From Reclinomonas americana ATCC 50394 (lineage: Eukaryota): a stretch of DNA of 41,820 nucleotides. The DNA lies in NCBI GenBank assembly GCA_048213135.1, contig PS015120.1:116743-158562 (forward strand), given 5' to 3'. A program made the translations under genes and the position numbers. The notes below the pieces were generated by a model. The model did no database searches. It was not told the origin of the DNA and was given only the letters and a program-made list of their open reading frames with translations. Positions 22,414 to 36,100 of this stretch are shown here, in pieces (position 1 is the stretch's first letter; each line of letters opens with the position of its first letter).

Positions 22414-24605
22414 ATGCTCGGGGCGGCAGCGGCTGCTGCGGCTGCGGCTGCTGCTGCTGCTGCTGCTGCGTCGTCCTCCTCCAACTCGTCACGCTCATCA
22501 CCAGCCACGCTCTCCTGGCTTGGGCTGAGCAGTGGTGGAGATGGCAGCAGTCACTTGCACACCCACCTCTTCCACCACCACGCACCCGCGTGTCTTGTCA
22601 TCTCCTCTGCTGCTGCTGCGGCGGCGGCGGCACCACCGCCACTGCCGCCACCGCCATTGTGCTCATCACCGTCGTCATCATCGAGATCCATGTCGTCACG
22701 TCGACCTGTCCCGCTGCCGCCGCGACCGCCGGCCGTGCCCGCCGTGCCGTCTACAGCGGCGCAGCGGCATCTCAAGCTGCAGAAACGGCGGCAACGGAAA
22801 CGGGTGGCGGATGTCGATCGAGCGTGTACAGATGAGGATGATGTTGATGATGATGATGATTGTGATGATTGTGATGATGATGAAGTTGTGGAGGATGAGG
22901 AGGAGGATGAGGATGATCGGATGGGCAGTGCGCACCTGGGTGAGTGGCATTGTTGTCAGCTTCTTCTTCTTCTCATTCTTCTTCTTCCTTTTCTTGCTTC
23001 TTCTTCTTCTTCTGCTTCTTCTTCTTCTTTTTCTTCTTCTGCTTCTTGTTCTTCTTCTTGTTCTCCTTCTTCTTCTTCTTCTTCTTCTTCTTCTTCTTCT
23101 CCTTCTCTTCTCCTCCTCCTCCTCCTCTTCTTCTTCGTCTTCTTCTTCTTTCTCCTTCTTCCTCTTCTTGTGCACGCTCGCTCATGTTGTGCTTCAGTGA
23201 CAGCGACGATGTCAATGACTCGTGAGCGTGGCGCTCTTGGCACGCCGCTGCTGAAGAGACCACGACGATCGGGGTTTGAGTTGCGACTCGCTTGTCTCTC
23301 TTTCTCTCGCGGTGGGGGTGCTGATTCCTGCTTGTTTGTGGTTGTGTGTAGTGAGTTTCACAGTCTGGGAGTGGCGCTGCGCGAGGTGGAGAGTCCGTCG
23401 GGCTCCATGATGAATCCGTACACGGTCGACAACAAGGAGGACTTGTTCAATGTGTACGCGCATGGTGGGAGTGTGATTGGACCGGAGGCCTTTACGGATC
23501 TCTTGCGCAATCTGCGATTGGAGGCTCGTTTTTTTTTGATTGCCTTGTCTCTGTCAGTGTGCGTGTCGATGCTGACTCGTGTCATTGCAGGCGTCATTCG
23601 CCTACTTGCTGGTGTATCTGTTCGAGTGCCGCAAGTATGCTCAAGTGTCGCGTGTGGAGTGGATCAATGGCATGACGAAGCTGAGGTGGGGTGATCCGTC
23701 ACTGGTTTTTTCTGCGAAGATCTGTGCTGATTTCATTCGTGGTGGCAGCTGTGAGACGCTGCAAGAGTTGCAGCAGGCGCTGCGACACAACATGGACATG
23801 GTGCAGAGCGGAGTGCAGGAGCAGCGGGCCGTCTACACCTACATGTTCCATTACCTGTCGTCGTTTTGTGATCGCAGCCAGTATGTTGGTGAGTTCAGTC
23901 GCCGGTGGATGAAAGGGGTGCGTGTGTGAGTCGATCTCATGCGATGCTGGCGGCAACAGATCTCGAGCCAGCTGTTGCATGCTTGACGGCTCTGCTCGGA
24001 AACGGTCACTTTACGAGTGATTTCATCTTGTTCCTGCGCCAATCCGGTCGCAAGTGTGTGACGAAGGATCAGTGGATGGTGTGTCAGGAGTACAAGAGCT
24101 GAATAGGAGAGGGGTGGGAATGGCACAGAGAGAGAGAGAGAGAGAAAGGAGGAGGAGGAGGAGGAGGAGGAGGAAACAGAAACCCGTGCGATCTGAGGCA
24201 GAGCGGAGTGTGTGTGTATGTGTGTGTGTGAGAGAGAGAGAGAGAGCACTGAGAGAGGGTGAGCAAGAGAGAGACGCCCATTGAGTGAGAACTTAAGCTA
24301 TGAGAGAGCAGCAGCCTTGATGCGTCTCTTTCCAAGTCATGCTCACTCACTTCTCCTTTTCTGGTCCGCAGCTATTCTACACCTTCACGTGTCAAATAGA
24401 ACCCGACTTGTCGAATCACAGCCCCGACGATGCATGTTGCGTGCCCAGTTGAACAAATGACTGGGAAAGTGCATGTGTTCTGACTTGCCCTACGCACTCC
24501 CTCTCCCACACAGGGCCCACATTATACGACGAATTCGTCATCTGGCTGCGTGAACGGCGCATGTCGCCCGACACAACCGAGGGCGGCGATGTGGATATGA
24601 TGTGA
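22414..24605 (+). CDS. DCN1-like (defective in cullin neddylation) protein with low-complexity/acidic N-terminus
   Basis: The spliced product contains IGPEAFTDLLRNL, EWINGMTKL, YTYMFHYL, FILFL, VTKDQWM and DLSNHSPDDAWPTLYDEFVIWL (PONY/cullin-binding domain). The start could be 22414 or 22690. One intron is GC-AG (23524-23590). Confidence 0.9.
22961..23165. repeat. (TCT)n/(TCC)n microsatellite tract inside DCN1 intron 1
   Basis: Visible trinucleotide run within intron 22940-23197. Confidence 0.9.
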
Positions 24606-24665
24606 GCGAGAAAAAGAAGAAAAAGGAAACAGCAACCAAATGGAAAGATTAAATTAGGATACTTG

Positions 24666-25863
24666 TTATGTTGATAACCACTGACAGCCGAGCGCTGCGT
24701 CCCACTGGCACACGCGGAAGCCGCGCAGATCGAGGAACTGATCCGTGTATTGGCGCACTGCGGGAGGCAGGGTCTGCAACACGGGGGCGCGCACAAATGG
24801 TTGGCGAGGTGGCCGGAAGGAATCCGTCTGTCGAGAGGAGAGAGCATAAGTGAAAAAGGGATGAGAGATTGGTGGCAGTAGAGGCACCTCGGCAGGCGAG
24901 AACATGAAGAAATAATATCGGCCCGACTGCAGGCCGGTGACGGTGCGGACAAGCGGAGTCGCGGGAGAGGGAGTGGAGCCTGTCCACGAGAATGAGATGA
25001 AGGGTGAGAGAGGGAGGCACTGCAATCGCGGCGCAACTCTGCCGATCCAAGTACACGGGTGGCGAGTCGGGCGAAAAGTACTGAAACCCCACCGTCTGCG
25101 ATGTGACCTCGTACGCACGGAACACCACACCCATGTTGGCGTAGTACGACGAGTAGTACGCCGACACAGACACCACGGCCGACGACGCATCCGTGCGACT
25201 TGCATCCACAGTGTACGGAAACACACTGCGGTAAGGTATTACAAAGGATCTATGGTTGTATTTGTATAGGTGAGTGGCAAGAGTGAGAACAAGGAGTGGA
25301 AGGCACTGCACGCAACGCGTTGCTGAAGGAGCCGTACAGGATCATCATGCCAAACACACTGGCAAAGAGCGCCGTAAAGGCAATGAACTTGAATCTGTGC
25401 GAAAGAGTGAGTTTTTTGTTGGCGATGCAGATGCAAAAAGACTGACCGCAGAGGCTCCGCCATGAGGGTGCCAGGCATAAAGGCCAACATCAGTGCAGCC
25501 ACAAAGCCCAACGAAAGCATGATCGTCACTGCGCAACACGGAGATAAGAGAGAGAGAGAGACAGAGACAGAGACAATGCATTGGAACTGAACTGATGACC
25601 ACAAAGCCGACGTGATTGTGCAACGGATGCAGAGGTCCACAGAAGAAGTCGGAGCAGTAGACGAGACCCGGAAACGCCGCCCAGCGAATGAGGACCGCGG
25701 CAAAGGCCACCAGGGAGAGCAGACACACCAAGGCCACCAGCAGTTCGTGCCACCTGCGTGTGTGTGTGAGAGAGAGAGGGAAGGTGTGCATGTGATGGGA
25801 GTGTGTAGGGACGCACTTGGCGACGCGGAGGGGCCTCCAGAAGAACCGCGTCTTCGCTTTCAT
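24666..25863 (-). CDS. Hypothetical membrane protein: 3 predicted TM helices plus a C-terminal FN3-like beta region
   Basis: Six introns give MKAKTRFFWRPLRVAK|WHELLVALVCLLSLVAFAAVLIRW...FVVIMTIMLSLGFVAALMLAFM...FIAFTALFASVFGMMILYG...VRTVTGLQSGRYYFFMF (FN3 tyrosine-corner-like). Stop TAA at 24666. Confidence 0.7.
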
Positions 25864-25964
25864 TGCAAGTGAGATGACGGGACGCGGATGATCACAGGAC
25901 GACTTACGAGCGTCGGTTTCTTGCACGCAAGTCACCCTTCGCGCAAAGTAGGTTCACTTGTAAA

Positions 25965-28238
25965 TTAGTCGACGTCTTCCATTGGAACAGCACACGGCTG
26001 CAGCAGGAAAACTTCGTAATCAGCCACGCGAAAGTCGTTAGCGCCAAAGAGAGCCTCCCGGCTCAGTGCGCCGCCGTCCGTCGCCTGAAATGGGTCGCCG
26101 CCTGCCCTTTGGCGCTGCGCATAGCAATTTTCACATAGATGAAACTGTTCTCCAAAGTAGGGGCCCCAGTTGGAAGCATGCCAAACTGGACCTTGATTGC
26201 ACTCAGGCCGCATCGTGAACTTCCGCAGGCCGCCGGACGGGGGGCAAGCGAAGAGAAAGCTGGTCGACGACGAATCTGTCTTCCAGCCACCGTGCGAAGC
26301 CCAAGGCACGGGCGTGAACGCGCCGGCAACATAGCCATAGCCGACGGTTGATTTCGCAACGACGAGTGTCGGCCTGCAAAACCACCGAACAGGTGAGAGC
26401 CCTGAGTACAAACAGCTGCATTTGAGAACATGTGCAGACCCTTTGTTATCACACAAGCGATGAAATGCTGCCGCTCCGAACCCATCGCGAGAGGCCTTGA
26501 ACAGCAAAGTCACCGAGGGCTGATGCCCGAGTGCCTGCCTCAACAACTGCAGCACTTCGACACCCAGTTCTCGAGTCAACAGAGTGGACGGGATACTGAT
26601 CTCCGCCAGTTCTCGCAGTCGGCGCTCCTGTTCTTCCCGCTCCCGTGCCTCTCGTTCCCGTTCCTCACGTTCCCTGGCCTCCGCGGCCAGTCGTTCAGCA
26701 GTCTCCCGCTCCTGCATGGCTCGTTCGCGTGCCTCCAGCGGTCCCAGTCGCGCGAGCAACTGCATCCAAGTAGAAGTGGGCCAACAGTGTCATGGTAGCG
26801 CCACAAACGTGAATGGACTCACGCACCGTGGCCACTTGCTGAGTGACTGTGAGCTCCAGAGTCGCCCGCGCTTCTCGCTCCATCGCCAGCTCACGTTCCA
26901 GCACAATCACTCGCTCCGTCAGCACAGCTCGGCACTCCAGCTCCTCAGCAAGAAGCTGCGACATAGAGCGAGTGTGCAGATGCAACTGCAGACGACGAGT
27001 GAGTTTGCGCAGACGTGGATCAGTGACAGCCATCCCATGCCGCGCGCAACATCGCGCAGCGGTCGCTCCACTCGCACGAGAGCGCATTCGCGTTCGTGCT
27101 CCACACAGTCGCCACGCGGTCCGCGCCACGTACACCCAATGTCACGTGCGCGACAGTGGCACGGCCGGAGAGCGCACTCCGACTCTGCGTGGCGACGATG
27201 AGGATCTCTCAAACAAAGTCGCTCCCTGCAAACACAACGCAACCCAGATGATGCAGCATTTGCGCCACGGAGCACTGCTCCTGGCACCCACGTGGACACG
27301 GTCGCACGCAGCCGCGCCGACTGTGCTCCACCAGCTCGCTCAGCACCACGTCCCGACCGCACCCGAGCGGGCACGGACGCGGGCATCCACTCCACGCATG
27401 CTCACCAGTCTCACGCAGCGACATTTGTCGCCAGCACTGCGTGCATGCGTGCATGCACTCCGACAGCGCATGCGTGCGATAGTACTCGCCCACCGACTGC
27501 ACGCCCAGTCAGCATAGTGGCAGAGGGCAACGAGAGAGAAGGAAGAGTCACCATTGGTCGTGCGCAGAGTGGACAAGTGACCTGTGCAAGAGTGAACGAG
27601 TGATGGAGTGCGTAGGTCGACAGACACACAGGCTCACGCACCCTCAAGTTCTCAAACAGCAAGCGCAATCGTCGCTGCACCTCGTGCGCCGTGGAGAGTG
27701 AGGTCGGTCCATCGCCACACAAATCGGAACCGGCTGCAGTCACGTGCGACCTGCATCCAACAAGAGAGAGAGAGAGAGAGTGTGTGTGTGTGTGTGCAAG
27801 AGAGAGAAGGAATGCCACTCACCGACACACATGATGCAACTCGCTGGAACACAACACCATATCCCAATCGCACAGATCCTGCACAGCCGCACGACACACA
27901 CACACATGAGCACTCAGCTCCGTCCTCCTGCAGCCTCCCTCGAGTCGCACCTGACACACTGGACACACATACTCCTCCGCCAACACACGCGACTCCTCCG
28001 CCACATTCTCCCGCCACAACCGCGCCGCCTGTGGCACTCCTCCTCCAGCACCAGCAGCAGCCTCTCGCCGCACCTCACTCACCACGCGAAACACAAATCG
28101 CTCCTCTTCTACGTCCTCCTCCTCGCCACCACGCACAACAAGCACCTCGTCGACAATGATCACTGACTCATCGGCGACAGGCGGAGGGTCGGCCATGGCA
28201 ACAACAGCAGAGGAGGAACCCTCTGCGAAGCCCATCAT
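25965..28238 (-). CDS. Degenerate RING + TRAF-type zinc fingers + coiled coil + TLDc domain protein
   Basis: EEYVCPVCQDLC..C..HHVC; repeated C-x2/3-C...EH...C fingers; C.ARDIGCTWRG...EHERECA; an E/R coiled coil; and TLDc motifs LLFKASRDGF..FHRLCDNKGPTL..GAFT..W..SFLF..GPYFG..DYEVF. Confidence 0.85.
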
Positions 28239-28381
28239 TAGGTGCTCTGTTGGTCGATTCACTCACTTGACCAAATTTGGCAAGTCTTCATAGTTTCCGC
28301 CCTTCTTGGAGCACAGCGTGTCTTGCTACTGTGTCATACTCTGTGCGACTGAGACTACACACACCAACTTCTCCATCTATC

Positions 28382-30007
28382 ATGTTCACTCGATTCAAGC
28401 AGGTACCTGCATGATCATGACACACTCTCTCTCTCTCTCACATACACATGCACACACCATGCACAAACACCCACACACACACACGCACACGTACACACAC
28501 ACACGCACACACACACACGCACACATACACACGCACACATCGTCGTCGCATCACACTCGAATCTCCGAGCACTGAATCTCTCTCTCTCTCTGTGTTCTCT
28601 TGTGGCTCTCAGCGATTCCGTGAGAAGCTTGTTGGCGCCGATCCGGCTCCCGTCCCCGAGGCGTACTCGCAGCTGAAAAAGGCGGTGAAGGAGGCCATTC
28701 AGCACTATGAGGATGTGGTCAAGTGCGGCAGATTGATGTGTCAAGCGAGTCAAGGTGGGTGAGAGAGAGAGAGAGAGAGAGAGAAGGAGGAGAAGGAAGA
28801 GAAGAAGAGGAAGGAGGAGAAGGAGAGGAAGGAGAGGAAGGAGAGAGGCATCGGAGAACGAAAACGGACATTGCAACACGAGACGATTCTTTGACAGTGA
28901 GAGAGGAGCGCGGCACTGTGGCTGCCTCCTCCTGTTCCGACAGACAAGTGACGATTCATCTGGTCGCTTCCTTGCTTATATTCTTCCATGCAGCCTTCGG
29001 CAACTGTGGAGAGGCCTTGGCGTGCTCCATGCGCGACTTTGGTATCGATCATCAGGAGTCGGCACTCGGTGAGTGGGGTGGTTGGCGTCGCTGCTGCTTC
29101 TCTGCACTGTGGCCATTCACCTTTTTGTTGCAGGCGGTGCGCTGACCCGCATCGGTGAGGGCCTCCACACGGTCTTCCTCAGTCAGCAGGCCATGTACTT
29201 GCGCACGGCGGATCACTTTATCGGACCTGCGATGGCGCTGCTGGAGGAACTCAAGAGCATCAAGGTTTCTGTCTCTCTCCCTCTGCTCCTCCCTCACTTC
29301 GCCACTCTCACTCTGCGATCCAGGAACAAAGACGGCGGTACCGAAGCACGCGACTGGAGTACTCGCACGCATTGCGAGCACTGGAGAAGCACCAGGCCTT
29401 GGCCACACCCAAAGCCGAGAAAATGCAGCGGGTGCGCTCTCAACCTCCCTTCTTTGTTTTCTGTTCTCTCTTCCTCACCTGCTCGTCCAGAAAACACAAA
29501 AGCTGCGCATGAAGGAGGAGCTTATGCGAGATTGCGAGAAATCCATCATGAAGCAGATGAACTATCTGCTGTACAAGCGCGACTTTGAGTACCTGGAGGG
29601 CAGTGTGCACCTATGTGAGGGCATCTCGGAGATGTTGGAGAAGGGCCACGAGGCCATGCAAGCGCTGAAACCGTTCTTGCAGGAGTACAGGCAATCGCTG
29701 GAGCAGGTCAGTCACTCCTTCTCCTGTTTTCGCATGTTGGGGGGCAGCGTTGCCTGATGCGCTGTCGCAGGCCAAGGCACGGCCGGGGGCGTACGTGGAG
29801 TCGCCAGCGCACCGGAGCCATCACGGCGCATCCATGTCGATGGGTGGCGAATCGTCGTCGTCGCCATACACGGACGACACCATGTCGGTCGGCACACCAA
29901 CGAGCCAACGGCCAGCAGCAGCACAAGACGGTGGGATCTCGGGACCACGACTCGTTCGCCAAGTCAGCGCGCCTCCAAGCGCCATGGGGGCGACGCACAG
30001 CCTATGA
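28382..30007 (+). CDS. N-BAR domain protein
   Basis: MFTRFKQ|RFREKLVG...LACSMRDFG..ESALGGALTRIGE...HFIGPAMALLEELKSIKEQRRRYRSTRLEY is a typical BAR pattern. Six GT-AG introns; Ser/Pro-rich tail; stop TGA at 30007. Confidence 0.8.
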
Positions 30008-30126
30008 TGGACCGGATGTGCGAGACGATTGTTTTTGCGCAGTGTGACTTACTCACTCTCCTCCCCTCCCTCCTGCCTTGTGTGTGTAACATTATGCAAC
30101 ATTCTATCAAGTTGTTCCAATGCATT

Positions 30127-33100
30127 TTAGTCAGTACACGACTGATACAGCAGCGTCTTCCAGCCCTGAATGGCGCGCTCCAGTGGACTCTGTGTTGAAT
30201 CATGATGAGCGGTGGCGTGCAATGCGCCCATGCTTCAAGGGGAAAAAACGCAACATCTGTCGGCGATACAATGTCGGAGAGACCCATCCGATTCACGAGT
30301 TCTGTCACCAACAGTGAGCGACGTACCGCAGTTCAGCACAAATCACTCCCGTCTACGTACCTCGTTGGTTGCGCAAACGGCGTGCTTCGGCCCTCCTTTC
30401 GTCCTCTGTCATGTACTGATCCAGCGCCACCTCTAGCTCATCATCAACACCCACACCACCTGTGCACACACACAATGTGTCATCAACGAGCGAGCAACAG
30501 GGCGTCTAACCACGCTCTCCAATCGCACCTTCTTGCATCTGTGGGTCTTGCACGTGCCGCGAAGCGGCTAGCAACTCCGCCGCAGCCGCGTACCACGTGT
30601 GCACCTGCGAGGGAGTGCGGTCTGCGCTTCCTTGTGGTGAGAAACAAGCCCTTCCAAGCCATTCAATCAGCGACGCATTCGGCGTACCCTCTGCTGCGCT
30701 GCATCGGTCAAACAGAGCCACCATCCTCCCAAACAGCGCATGCATGGAGGTGGAGACGGATGGTGGATCGGGGCGCCGATTTCGCGTCAGCACCGGCGTG
30801 CGGGCGGTCTCATTCACAACCACCATCAGTGAGCGACGTGCTACACGAAGGATTGGGTGGAGAGCAGTAAGTGGACAGCAACAAGAAATAAATTCAAAGA
30901 CTCGTGACGAGCTTACCTCGTTCCAGTGACCAGTGCCACCGACTGCTGACTCCAACCTCCGACGCCATCATTCTCCAGTACAGAAGCGGTGATGATCCGA
31001 GCGCCACGCAAGCCAAGGTCACCTCGGCTGCTTGTGGCCACAGCGACGGTTGCATCGGCACCACGTCCAACATCTCGTTCAGCAGCCTTTAGACAGCATC
31101 ATCAGCACGCAACACACCCACAAACGACACACAGACGCCGGCACGACTCAACTTCCACTTGGTACTCGCGTCGGCAGCAGCGCCGCAAAACGCCGACGCA
31201 AACAGATGAACGCGCGAAAACACGTCCAGCTTCTCAAAGTGGCCCCTGCGGCGGAGTCAGGCCGTGTTAGTCGACGATGCGTGAAACAAGGATGCGGAGC
31301 ACGAGTGGCGCAACTGGAAGAGTGCGCCTCGCAGCTCGCGCAGTGCGCCGAATTCACATTCACCAGCCATGACTGCACAGCACCCGGCAGCAAAGGCGTG
31401 CTCCGATCCCGACGCATCGTCTGTGCGCGCGCATCGATTTTAGCGGGCAGACGCGTGAAACATGCTGCAGACGACACAGCAAGCGCAACCTCCTTCCTGA
31501 TGCGTGATAAATGTCGGCTTGAGTCGGGCCACCACCGAACTGACACGGTAAAAGTGGTGATTGGTCGCCGTGCTCGCCTCCAGCTCTGTGCACATGCGCA
31601 CCGTCAGCACTCCCACACACAAAACACACAAAGTGGAATTCACACGCATCGCACCTCGCACAGACTGCGGCTGCTGCACAGTGTCAAAAGCCAGCAGCGC
31701 TTGCACAGCTGCGTTGCCAATGTCGTCGCGCACGGCAGCAGCCACCGATGCGTCGAGTGGCGCCACACGACTGCCACCAATGCTCTGCGAGAGTGCGACA
31801 TTGAGCTGACGGCCAGTGAGCATGGCCACCAGCTTCTCCAAGGCCGCCACATCGGCTTCGCGAACAGCCTCGTTTGTGCTGCGTGACGGCAGGTCAGTTG
31901 TCCGCACCCACACTGCCGGGCATTGGAAAGAAACATGAAGACACGCAACTCGGCCGTAAACGGAAGCACCAGCAGGGAGGGCACGTGGTGTCGAATGACA
32001 TCGGGTGACAGCACCGAGAGGATGCTCGGCAGTGCCTCGAGCAAGCGCACACGTGCCACACTCGGCAGCTGCTCAAACACCATGGCCTGCAGCACCTCAA
32101 ACGTGCAGGCGTCGGTCTCACGGGCCCGCAACTCTGCACAGGCGATACCCACACACGCGGCAAGTGCCACACTCGCCAGCGCATCCTCGTGACCGGCGAC
32201 TGCGCGTCGCGACAGTAGGGGAGCCATGATGCCGGGAACTGTGATTCCACTCAGCGCAAACGGCATCTCTCGAGGCAGGAGCGAGACCACGCTGACAGCG
32301 GCGGCGACCGCAGCTGTCATCAAGTGAATGTCGCCGTAAGTCAATCAAGTGCAAGAATACAGATGCGCACACTGGATGAAAGAATCAGCTTACCTCGGCA
32401 TGCACTCTCCTCGGCGGCACCGATGGGTTGCAAAATCAGTGGCAACAAGTGCTGCGCCAGGCACGCTTCGGGGAAGTCCTGTGCACAAATTGAACAGCGT
32501 GAGTGGATGGAGGAGAACGTTCCATGAGAGACGTGCGCGCGACGCAACGTGTAGCACAATCTTGGTGGGAGACGAATTGGAGCCGCCGGCGCGATTGGCT
32601 GTTGCTGTTCGCAGGCGATCGGAAGCGACCAGCAGTGCGAGCAGCGTGGCCGCAACGCCGGCACTCCGCGGATCCTGCTGAATGGCGCGACCGACGCAGG
32701 CGACTGCTCTCTCCAGCAACTGCAGGTAGCAATTTGTGAGAGCAGGGCAGCAGGGCCACATCATGAAAAGTGCAGCCGCACCGTGCCAAACTGCCGGTTC
32801 TGCCACAGTGTGGCCTCGCTGCGCGCCACTGACGGTGGTGGAGGCGTCACATGATCCAAGTGGAACTCGGGTGACAACAGCTCGCCATCGCACACAGTGA
32901 GGCATCTGCAACGACGGCGGTGGGTGACTTGGAGATAAGATGGTCAGATCAACATGGGTGACGCACGCCAGCAGAGAGCCCAGTCGAATCTTGGCAAGTG
33001 GAGTGGTTGAGGCCAGGTGCATCACATGGTCGACAAACTGAGCCGCTGTCGGCACACCCTCCAGCAGGATGCTACAGCAAAGGAAGCAATCAATTGCAGC

Positions 33101-36100
33101 TGCCAACAAATCGATGCACCACACAACCACCTACCGATCACGCAAGCCAACGCGCAAGACCAACGCCGATCCGACTAGCGCAGCCTGCAGTACCGGCGAC
33201 GTATCCACGGTCCATCCGTCACGCGTGCACACCAGCCACAGCCTGAAACATCATTGTGAGACGTGACTGCGGACAAGGCAAATGAGTGTCTCACTCCATA
33301 CGAAACAGCTTGGCCAATGGTCCAGTCTGCTTCACGGCCGAAGCCGCCTTGCTGTGCATATTGTACAGCACAAGGGCGGTGGATAGCAGCACTGCGGCCG
33401 CGGCATCGATCATCTGCGCCGACATGGGCGGCCCATTCACTGCACATATCAAAAAAGAGTCAGCACGAAGAAGACTCAGCCAGCTGGGCAGGAGGTGCAC
33501 GCACGTGACTCAGAAACCGATACCGCCGCCTGCGTCAGCACTTTCAGAAGAGCTTCCTGCTTGGCTGCTGGCTGCGCCAAGCTGGCAAATGCAGTGCCCA
33601 GGTGTGCTCCGAGTGGCGCGAGTGAGGAGGCCAGGTGGTCGCGAGCTTGCAGAGCTGTACCCAACACACACGAGGACGTGAGGCGGGCAAGGGTCGTTAC
33701 ACCGCAAAGGTGTGCATCGCACCTGAACCGCGCAGCTGGCTGGCGTGCCTCTGCAGCCTCTCGAAAATGTCTGTCGCCAGCGCAGCACGCGCTCGCTGGT
33801 CGCCGAGTTGAGCACCAAAGTTGGCTGACGGAGCACACACGTGTGAATTGAGTTCATCGCCGTGTGTCGCACTCGCAAGCAGGCACACAAACCGCTGCGG
33901 CCGCTGGCCACGGCATGCGCAATCAGACCGAGTCCGAGACCCGCTCCAAACGCTTGCTCCATGCGACTCTCCAACACGTGCACGATGTCTTCCACCTGCC
34001 ACCACCACTGTCAGCACCGACCGCTGCGAATAACTGCGAGGACTGCAATACCTCACGCGCATCGCCCGTATCAGCCGATAAAGCCAGCGCCAAGCACAGT
34101 GAGTGCACCGATGCTTCGCCGGTCACCTGCGGCGCCAGCGCCATGAGCGATCGTCGCACCGAGCGCAAGTCAACGCCGCTCATGGCCGGCACAGCCAGGA
34201 ACAAGCTGCCGACTGCCAGCAGTCCATTCGAAGCATTCATCTCCCCACTTGCGTGCACGTCCACTCCAATGCGATGCACCGCCGCTGCCGCATCAATCCA
34301 CGCTGCCGACTCACCCAGTCCGCCGTCGCGCATGTGCACGCGCACTCGCAGGCGACAGTACTGCGCGGCCATGGTTACGATGCAACAACAATGAAAGAGA
34401 TCGAAAGAGCGTCTTAACGTACCTCACGAACAAAGGTAGTCCACGCCGGAGCGGCGTACAGCTGGAGCGTCCAGTCGGAAAGCGCCACCGATGCCACAGC
34501 GACGTCGGCCAGCAGAGTCGCGAACAAGTGGTCCAGGCTGCTTGTGTTCCACTGCCACAGACTGAGCTCTGCATTACCATTGCACCAGAACCCACAACAA
34601 AAAACACACATACCGTGATCGAGGCCGCATTCGCCTCGGCCATGTTTGCGCGAAACTCGGCGGCGTACGCAAAGAGTACCGCAAGTCCACCGCTGGATGC
34701 ACCACCACTTTGCGGCTGCATGTACACGTCCACAGCATCCTCTGCCGCCGACAGTGCGCGCACCACCGCGTCCAGCGGCTGCTGACCTTTGCTGCTCTCG
34801 ACACCTTTTCGCCGGCCTCCACGCGACGCCTGCGCACCGCCGCTGCGCAACGTGCCGTGATCCTTGGATTGCCACATGTCGGCGAGCTCCTGCGACAAAA
34901 ACTCTGCAAGCAGACGCTGCGTCTGCTCAAAACACGACATGCTGCCGTCGCCAGCATCCATGCGCTCCGACTGCATGACAACCATACGTCACAACACGCC
35001 ACGTGAATGATGGCAGAATACCAACAACAGCACTTGCACACACCTCGAAATCAAAAATCGGCTTCAGCTGTTCGGTACACAAGGCCGCATACGCCACTTG
35101 ATTGCGTCGCTTCTCCTCGAAAATGTCCACTGTGCATCACCAGTGAGCAACAACCATCCGGCCCTCAAAAGCACTCCTCCTCCCTCAACGCAACAGGCTT
35201 CCTGTGCCTGCTTTTCAGCATCCTCAGCATTGGTAGCAGCACTACCACTGCCACTGCCACCGCCGCGCGGTGCAGATGCTGTCGGCGGCGCTGCGTCTGG
35301 GTCGACAGCCGGTGGCTCATCGTCAAGGCGCATGGTGGCCCGTTGGCGCGCAATCAGGCGATCCACACCAAAGGCCAGAAGGGTGCTGTAGGCCGTCTGC
35401 CGCACTCTGCATACGCACTCCTGGTAAGTACAGAAAATGGCACGCAATATGTGCACCTCACTCGTGCGCACGCAACACGGGTGACGGGTCGCCGGCGATT
35501 TGCCATGCAGAGTCGATCGCCTCGAAAATGTGTGACACGGGTTCCTCCTCGTCCTCGTCACCATCGCCTCCTCTCTTCGCCCCCTCCTCTTGCTCCTCGT
35601 CATCCTCGTCGCCATCATCACCGTCACCCGGGTGCTTCAGTGGCTTGTTCCGTCCAGGACCCATATCGTCATCATCGCCATCATCGTCGTCGTCAGCGCC
35701 CTCAGTCAACAGTGCCAGTGCCAACACTGCGCATGTCGCCTGCGCCACTGGCGAGCTGAATGTGCACACTCTGAAGCGTGTGGCGGAGTGAGCAGCGAGA
35801 ACCCAAAAAGAGAATGCGATGTGCGCAACTCCAGCACAGGCCCTCGCATGGCGGCCCACGCCGAGGCATAATCGAGCACGCCCACCTCGAGGAACGCGCG
35901 GAAGCAGTTGAGTGCCGCACGCAAAATGCGCTCACTAGATTGCAGTGACGACTCGGCGCCATCCCACACCGCTCCTGTGCGACGGTGAGATGCAACAGGT
36001 GAGTCGCGGTCGCCGTCCACAGAGTTACACACCACGCTCCGCAATGCTGTCGGCTTCGTCCGTCACTGCCGCGCAGGCCCAGGAAACAACACGCGACAGC

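Noticed and set aside
22696-23263. Poly-K/R/E/F ORFs on both strands
   Set aside because: These are translations of the intronic (TCT)n microsatellite and the acidic exon.
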